From contig JBHLOI010000005.1 in NCBI GenBank assembly GCA_048940645.1, positions 32,001 to 96,000 of the forward strand: a stretch of 64,000 nucleotides of DNA. The letters are read 5' to 3'. A program made the translations under genes and the position numbers. This stretch comes from Promethearchaeota archaeon (GTDB taxonomy: Archaea > Asgardarchaeota > Lokiarchaeia > Sigyniarchaeales > SOKP01). Positions 58,429-64,000 of the stretch are shown piece by piece (within the stretch, counting starts at the first letter, position 1; each line of letters begins with the position of its first letter). Under the pieces are notes generated by a model, which had not been told where the DNA came from, made no database searches, and worked only from the letters and a program-made list of their open reading frames with translations.

Positions 58429-58548
58429 ACATTATATAAATTTCAAGGAAAAGGTTTTGGAGGAGAATTATTAAGAGCAATTATAGGAAAAGCTGAATTA
58501 GAAAAAAAACCTATATATTTAGAGACTCAAACAGAAAATAATAAATAA
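58429..58548 (+). pseudogene. GNAT acetyltransferase remnant
   Basis: Stop-bounded 39-codon segment TLYKFQGKGFGGELLRAIIGKAELEKKPIYLETQTENNK, containing acetyl-CoA motif A and motif B; no start codon. Confidence 0.7.
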
Positions 58549-58653
58549 ATATTTTACATTGTGGAACTTTTGGACTAATAAAATATTTATTTTTTAATAA
58601 AATAAATTACATATTATTAATTTCAATAGTTATAGATTTAAAAATGAAAAAAA

Positions 58654-58727
58654 GGGCCCGTGGTCTAGCCTGGTATGACGTCCGCTTGACGTGCGGAAGG
58701 TCGTGTGTTCAAATCACGCCGGGCCCA
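58654..58727 (+). tRNA. tRNA-Val(GAC)
   Basis: Acceptor GGGCCCG/CGGGCCC-A, anticodon arm TCCGC-TTGACGT-GCGGA, T loop TTCAAAT; CCA not encoded. Confidence 0.96.
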
Positions 58728-58754
58728 TTATAAAAGAAAAGTCTTGAGAATGAT

Positions 58755-59234
58755 ATGCCAATAAGAGTACGCTGGAGAACGAAAGAATATATCCCATTTG
58801 CTTTTCTGACTTTTGGAGCCTGTGGGTTTTTTCAAATTTTATTCATTTTCATTGCACAATACTTATTAAGTGTTGGAAGTCATTATGTTGTTATTTTAAT
58901 CCCGATTGGAGCTACTGTTGCTTTATATTTTGGAGCAACAATAGTATTTGAGGCATATGCGCAAATAGAAAGGAAAAAAAAGTTAAAAACACAATTTCAA
59001 AAATCAAAAAGCGATTTACCCATTCTTAAGAGATTTTTAAATTTTCCTATTGTAAAACCCTTACTTATCATGTTTATTTTTTTTACAATCTTCTTCTTTA
59101 TTTCTTATTATATTAGCATTATCTATTTAGATAATACGTTATCGTTTTTAGTGGCAGAAAACTTTTCCGCGTTAGTATGTTTACTGATAGCAAATCTCAT
59201 TGAAAAAAGATACGGAAAGATAAAAAGATATTAG
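58755..59234 (+). CDS. Hypothetical four-TM membrane protein
   Basis: Four hydrophobic segments with a basic loop; starts 27 nt after tRNA-Val. Confidence 0.65.
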   Translation: MPIRVRWRTKEYIPFAFLTFGACGFFQILFIFIAQYLLSVGSHYVVILIPIGATVALYFGATIVFEAYAQIERKKKLKTQFQKSKSDLPILKRFLNFPIVKPLLIMFIFFTIFFFISYYISIIYLDNTLSFLVAENFSALVCLLIANLIEKRYGKIKRY

Positions 59235-59359
59235 TTTTTTAACCTTGGTTTTTATTCTAATATCTCCTAGTAAATTCATCTCAAAATAGTTAATATTTAT
59301 ATAAATCAATATTCATAATCTAAATAGTAAAAAAATTAATTAAATAATCGATTCTGAAT

Positions 59360-60202
59360 ATGGCTAAACTTCAAATTCGTTGCCCTGCTTGTTCAAAAAA
59401 TAATTTTATTGAAGTTTCTGATGATGAAGTTAAAAAAGCTTCGCGAGGTCTATTTACAGTAAACATCGAAGAGGGTATTGTTTGTGAACATTCTTTTGTT
59501 GCTTATGTTGATAAAAATTTTGTTGTAAGAGATACGTTTAAAGCTGATTTTCAAATCGAACTCCCAAATGCTATTTCTGAAGAAATAACTGAAGTTGAGA
59601 AAGATTTTTCAGATTTGTTTGATCTCGATTTAATCAAGTTAAATTTAACAGCTTCATTACTAGGCTATGTATTAAGGGCAATGATATACAATAAGAAAAT
59701 AGTGATAATATCTGATCAAACATACATGTTTAGTCAAATTTCAAATTTTATTGATTATGTATCACAAAACACATTTAATATTGATCTCAGTGTAGTTACT
59801 GAAGAGGATTATAATATTAAGGCATTTGATGAACATTTTGCATTTAAAGGTCGGGAAGTGATTAATGATTTTAATAATAAAATTCAATCCACCAAATTAA
59901 ATGTGGAAAATACAATAATTCAGAGATTTCTAAGTGAATATGATCCATTAACCAGTTTAATTATCCTAAAAAATGAAATACAAAAAGCTTTCGAGTTATC
60001 TAAAACCATAATAAATGTTATTACTAATCTAAAGAATAATGAAAAAATCTATTCCAAAAAGATGATAAGTGAATTGAAAAAAAAACATGATATTAAAATA
60101 TCCATTCCTTATTTAGATTATTTGTATGAAATTGTTGAAAACTATTTTGAAATGGAAGTCCCTAGATCCTCAGATATTTCAAATTTTCTTGGAACTTTAT
60201 AA
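59360..60202 (+). CDS. Hypothetical protein with N-terminal CxxC...CxH zinc module
   Basis: CPAC...CEHSFVAYVDKNF.VR followed by an alpha/beta region and a helical C-terminus. Confidence 0.65.
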   Translation: MAKLQIRCPACSKNNFIEVSDDEVKKASRGLFTVNIEEGIVCEHSFVAYVDKNFVVRDTFKADFQIELPNAISEEITEVEKDFSDLFDLDLIKLNLTASLLGYVLRAMIYNKKIVIISDQTYMFSQISNFIDYVSQNTFNIDLSVVTEEDYNIKAFDEHFAFKGREVINDFNNKIQSTKLNVENTIIQRFLSEYDPLTSLIILKNEIQKAFELSKTIINVITNLKNNEKIYSKKMISELKKKHDIKISIPYLDYLYEIVENYFEMEVPRSSDISNFLGTL

Positions 60203-60211
60203 ATTTAAGAA

Positions 60212-60276
60212 AATTTTAATTGAATAATCAATTAAAATTCATTTTAAAAAATTGATCGTGAAAGGTGGATTTCACG
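60212..60276. terminator. Two tandem hairpins between convergent units
   Basis: AATTTTAATTGA-ATAA-TCAATTAAAATT (60212-60239) and CGTGAAA-GGTGGA-TTTCACG (60257-60276). Confidence 0.4.
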
Positions 60277-60390
60277 TTGATTTATATATACCATAACATC
60301 GCTGTAATAATATATTATACAAGCAAACAAAGGATTATATAGTCTTACAAAGTTTTTCCTTTTTACCTGATTGCATTATTGTTTTTAAAA

Positions 60391-60461
60391 TGCGTCGTCC
60401 GGGATTCGAACCCGGGTCCCACGCGTGGCAGGCGTGAATTCTACCACTATACTAACGACGC
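60391..60461 (-). tRNA. tRNA-Gly(GCC)
   Basis: Reverse complement GCGTCGT...CACGC-CTGCCAC-GCGTG...GGTTCGAATCC...ACGACGC-A; CCA not encoded. Confidence 0.96.
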
Positions 60462-60562
60462 TTTCCTATTAATAATTTTAGAAAAACAAATAGTATGTAA
60501 TTTCTAATATATTTAAAAATTAAAATTTATTGATTTGCTAAAAGGAAAAAAAGTTATTTAAA

Positions 60563-61426
60563 TTAAACTCCCAATTCAAATGATATATCAACTGATTTCG
60601 TAATACCTAATTTTCTTGCAAACTTTCGAATATATTTAATCCTATGCTGTTTAATTATATCTGAGATTATTAAAGTTGGTATATATGGGATTATCATGAA
60701 AAAGGGAAATGGGATGAAGATTGCCATTAAAATAGGAAACAAATCTCCTATACCTGCAGTTTCTACAAGAAAAATTGTAATAAATTCAAAGTATGAGAAT
60801 ATTACAGATACACCAGCATATCCTTTTAAAAATTGTCCATACCATCTACCAACAGAACGTATTTCAGGAGGATTACTAGTTTTATTAAGATAATTTTTAT
60901 TTGAATATAGGATACCAGAATCTTTTATAAACCACGTAGTTGAGAAGAGAATTGTTGCAATTATAAAAGTAAATACCAATAGTACTACAAAAGTTTTAGC
61001 ATAATCATCTTGACTGTCAGGAGTGCCTCCTATTGAAAGACTAACGATACTAGGATTAAGTAAGAATAATGAAAAGTTAATTGCCATTAATGCTGAAAAT
61101 AAACCTGAAGAAAAGAATTTAAATTTTTTAAATTCTGTTCTGTTGTAAATACCATATTCTGCTCTAGATTTAAAAATCCTTTTATGAATATAGAGAAAAA
61201 GAGGTGAAAAGCCATAACCACCAATAAATAATCCTATTATCGAAGATAATGGCAATAACACTATAGCTATTAACGCTGTTTCAACTCCCATATCAGAAAT
61301 TGGCAAAAATTTTGTTAAATCGTCTCCTTTTCCTGTTAATAAAGATAATGCGATAGAAATTCCAATCCAAAATAAGACATATATAGTAAAATAAATTAAA
61401 GCTCTTTTATATTTAGTGATCCTCAT
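60563..61426 (-). CDS. Hypothetical multi-pass membrane protein
   Basis: About 6 TM segments; motif-like W...DSGI.Y and IRSVGRWY...LKGYAG. Confidence 0.65.
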   Translation of the reverse strand: MRITKYKRALIYFTIYVLFWIGISIALSLLTGKGDDLTKFLPISDMGVETALIAIVLLPLSSIIGLFIGGYGFSPLFLYIHKRIFKSRAEYGIYNRTEFKKFKFFSSGLFSALMAINFSLFLLNPSIVSLSIGGTPDSQDDYAKTFVVLLVFTFIIATILFSTTWFIKDSGILYSNKNYLNKTSNPPEIRSVGRWYGQFLKGYAGVSVIFSYFEFITIFLVETAGIGDLFPILMAIFIPFPFFMIIPYIPTLIISDIIKQHRIKYIRKFARKLGITKSVDISFELGV

Positions 61427-61523
61427 TTTAATTTCCTTATGAGATATTTTTATGCATTATATGTATAATGATAGTTAGACGTTTTAAATTAGTGTAAAAA
61501 GAAATTAGGTAAGTGGTAAAAAT

Positions 61524-62048
61524 TTATATCGTTTCTAATATTATTTGAGTGATTTTATCAAATATATAATCGACATTTTCCCCTGTTTTCGAAGAACATT
61601 CTATATATTCTGAGAATTTATTTTGTTCTGCGAAAATTCTGCCCTCATTTTCAAAAACTGATCTATTCTCCTGAAGGTCTAATTTGCTTGCTACTAAAAT
61701 AGTGGATACTTTTTGATTATGTGTTTTATTTGCTTCATTAAAAACAGATAACCATTCTGTTAAATTCTTAAATGTATTATATCGAGTAATATCATACATA
61801 AAGATTGTTCCCTGTGCGGCAAGAATAGCACTAGGCAATAAAAATCTAAACTTCTCTTCTCCAGCAAAATCCCAAATGTGGAGTTTTATCAGTTTTCTAC
61901 TCATTTCTAGCTTTTTTAAATAGAAATCCATGCCAAGAGTCGTTATATAAGTTTCTTTAAAAACACCAGAGAGATAACGATGCGTTAATGTTGTTTTTCC
62001 AACACCACCATCGCCAATTATTACGATTTTAAACTTATATTCATCCAT
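61524..62048 (-). CDS. Rab-like small GTPase
   Basis: G1 GDGGVGKT, G2 TTLGMDF, G3 IWDFAGEEKFR, YDIT, G4 SKLD, G5 ECSSKTGENV; no C-terminal Cys. Confidence 0.92.
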   Translation of the reverse strand: MDEYKFKIVIIGDGGVGKTTLTHRYLSGVFKETYITTLGMDFYLKKLEMSRKLIKLHIWDFAGEEKFRFLLPSAILAAQGTIFMYDITRYNTFKNLTEWLSVFNEANKTHNQKVSTILVASKLDLQENRSVFENEGRIFAEQNKFSEYIECSSKTGENVDYIFDKITQIILETI

Positions 62049-62076
62049 TTCCTTTTAATCATCCATTTTAATGTTT

Positions 62077-63096
62077 TTAAAATTTAGTGAGTTCTGAAAT
62101 AATTTGATGTAATTCGTGAGATTCGATAAATTTCTCTAATTCTTGAATGTTATTCGGAACTCCTGTTCGAACACCTACTTCCATAGCCTCTAATGAAGAC
62201 ATTGCGGTTGCTAATTTAACCATTTTATCTAAAGAAATCCCAGATAATATAGAAACTAGCACTCCGCTTAAAAAAGCATCTCCTGCCCCTGTTGTGTCTT
62301 TAACATCAACATTATAAACTCCACTTTTAATAACTTTCTTACCATCAGTCAATAAAGAACCTTTAGCTCCATCAGTAATTGATACTAACTTTGGACCCAT
62401 TTCAAAAATTTTTCTAAGACTATAATAGCTATCAGATTCATTTGTAAATTCTTGTGCTTCTTCAGCGTTCATTGATACGAATTCTGAGTTTGATATCAAT
62501 TTTTTTGCCCAGATTGGATTGTTTTTAATGATAGACATACTAGGTGCAGCAAAAACTCTTCCCCCATTCTCTTTTGTTAGTGAAATTGCTTTATCAATTG
62601 CTTGACATCCATTTTCAGAAGTTAAGGAACTCCAAGCAAAAGCTTTAATCCCTTCAAATAGTTCGTCTCTTATATCAGCTGGATTAAGTAGATTATTTGC
62701 TCCCTTAAATGCTAAAATACTTCTATCCTTTCCCCAATCAGTCTTCAATATTAACGAAAAGGCAGTATTATCTGCATCTGTTCGCTTAATATTTGATGTA
62801 TCAACCCCTCTCTTTTTTAAATCTTCTAAGCAAATCTGAGCAGAGAAATCATTTCCTAAAACGCCTATATAAGTTGACTTTAATCCTAACATTGCACAAT
62901 CTGCAGCAATATTAGCACCTGAACCTCCCGGAACAAATCGCATATTTTCTACATTCAATTTACGGCTATACTCAATTGCTGTATATTTTTTAACTATTTC
63001 CTTTTCGAATAATTCAAATCTGAGAATGTCTTTAACAGAGATTATACAATCAAGTGTGCAACTACCAATTGAAATTAAATCATAATTATTGGTCAT
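62077..63096 (-). CDS. PfkB family carbohydrate/nucleoside kinase
   Basis: PGGSGAN.A, N..EA, T.G.KG, DTTGAGDAF. ATG at 63096 preferred. Confidence 0.92.
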   Translation of the reverse strand: MTNNYDLISIGSCTLDCIISVKDILRFELFEKEIVKKYTAIEYSRKLNVENMRFVPGGSGANIAADCAMLGLKSTYIGVLGNDFSAQICLEDLKKRGVDTSNIKRTDADNTAFSLILKTDWGKDRSILAFKGANNLLNPADIRDELFEGIKAFAWSSLTSENGCQAIDKAISLTKENGGRVFAAPSMSIIKNNPIWAKKLISNSEFVSMNAEEAQEFTNESDSYYSLRKIFEMGPKLVSITDGAKGSLLTDGKKVIKSGVYNVDVKDTTGAGDAFLSGVLVSILSGISLDKMVKLATAMSSLEAMEVGVRTGVPNNIQELEKFIESHELHQIISELTKF

Positions 63097-63195
63097 AAAT
63101 AACACGAAATATTAATAATTGAATTAAAGAATAAGTTAAAAATAGTATTTGATCTTAAATAATTTTACTTCAAAATGTATAAGAAAAAGTTTGTA

Positions 63196-63825
63196 TTAAT
63201 CTTTTGATTTCAATTTTCGTAATTCATCTTCTAATTCTTTGACTTTTCCATCAGGTTCCGCCACAGATGGAAGTGCTCCACCAATTTCTGCTCCTATTTC
63301 TGCATCAATCTCGCCTAGTACTTCCTTAACATCGGTATCAGTGACTGCTGTATCGACCATAACCTCATTTATACCATCAGTGGTGATTTCTTCAGTTACA
63401 CTAAAGTCCTCTATATCTACTCCTATTTGTGTCATTAGTTCTGTGATTTGTGGAATAGATAATTGATTTTTTAATGCTCCCAAACTTTGTGCAATTCCAT
63501 GCATAATATCAGCGACATCTTTTACTGCTGTTGCCTGTTCTAACTTAAATACCATGCCTTCAAGGTTTGTTCTAAAGTGGTCAATTGCACGCGCCTGTTT
63601 TTTTACTTGGAGATAATTTCTTGCATGAAATGCTGATCCATCCATATCACCTGCCTTTCGGAGATTTACAGCTTTATCTCTTGCTAATTTAGCAGTCATT
63701 TCCATTTTTTTAGTCTGTCTCATTAATCGTTTATTGAAAACTTTCAATCTAATTGTTGCAGAACGAACTGTATCCTTTCTACGACCTCCAGACAACCAGT
63801 TCGATATATCTTTAAGAAAACCCAT
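63196..63825 (-). CDS. ESCRT-III subunit, Vps2/24/46 (CHMP1-3)-like
   Basis: Amphipathic N-terminus MGFLKDISNWL, basic helical hairpin (..RKAGDMDGSAFHARN..), acidic C-half and a MIM1-like ELEDELRKLK. Confidence 0.88.
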   Translation of the reverse strand: MGFLKDISNWLSGGRRKDTVRSATIRLKVFNKRLMRQTKKMEMTAKLARDKAVNLRKAGDMDGSAFHARNYLQVKKQARAIDHFRTNLEGMVFKLEQATAVKDVADIMHGIAQSLGALKNQLSIPQITELMTQIGVDIEDFSVTEEITTDGINEVMVDTAVTDTDVKEVLGEIDAEIGAEIGGALPSVAEPDGKVKELEDELRKLKSKD

Positions 63826-64000
63826 TTTGATTCAATCTCATTTTGACATTTCGTTATTTTATAATATATAAAAAAATTCAAGATTATATAATTTTTTGTA
63901 GACCAATTATTGCGTCAAATGATTGAGAAGAAACTACAAATATAATAAGAACTATATAGAATCCATATTACTAAAAAGAAAATTTGAAATACCTTTTATT

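Noticed and set aside
60257-60282. SECIS element (Lokiarchaeia use selenocysteine)
   Set aside because: It lacks the tandem GA core geometry, and no nearby gene has an in-frame TGA.
58654-60461. Integrated element bounded by the two tRNAs
   Set aside because: No duplicated tRNA 3' end (att site) and no integrase; the two enclosed genes look like native genes.
7337-63466. Many short ORFs overlapping real genes, mostly antisense (e.g. 7337-7645, 16058-16390, 31417-32013, 32236-32568, 34526-34801, 57070-57330, 63239-63466)
   Set aside because: They lie opposite or inside well-supported genes and have no motifs; they are shadow ORFs from codon bias.
1-64000. CRISPR arrays, IS elements, integrases or proviral genes
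   Set aside because: I saw no regularly spaced repeats, transposase or recombinase motifs, or terminal inverted repeats by eye.

Overview
AT-rich archaeal chromosome segment. It is almost certainly from an Asgard archaeon of the Lokiarchaeia/Promethearchaeota type, based on archaeal rps15/rps3ae and CCA-less tRNAs together with eukaryotic-signature genes: an ESCRT-III of the Vps2/24/46 type, a Rab-like GTPase and longin/roadblock proteins. The window has about 50 CDS, tRNA-Val(GAC), tRNA-Gly(GCC) and a GNAT remnant; I saw no CRISPR, transposase or integrase. The best candidate for an undescribed system is a ~16 kb co-oriented five-gene unit (17971-33910). It encodes a MacB/LolD-type ABC ATPase with extra N-terminal and winged-helix modules, two internally duplicated FtsX-type permeases, a 1319-aa membrane-anchored glycoprotein ending in a TRAP-beta-like Ig domain, and a ~1570-aa type-I membrane subtilase with a cytoplasmic 8-Cys zinc-ribbon tail that appears to start at a CTG codon. 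Other highlights are five tandem alpha/beta-hydrolases, one with a Ser-to-Ala nucleophile; an RNase III; an alpha3-truncated Bd0055/face-to-face-type histone; a TFS/Rpb9 N-ribbon-only protein; a NikR with a His-rich insert near larC/larB; and GH35/GH2/GH20 glycosidases. All family assignments come from motif recognition by eye, not from database searches.
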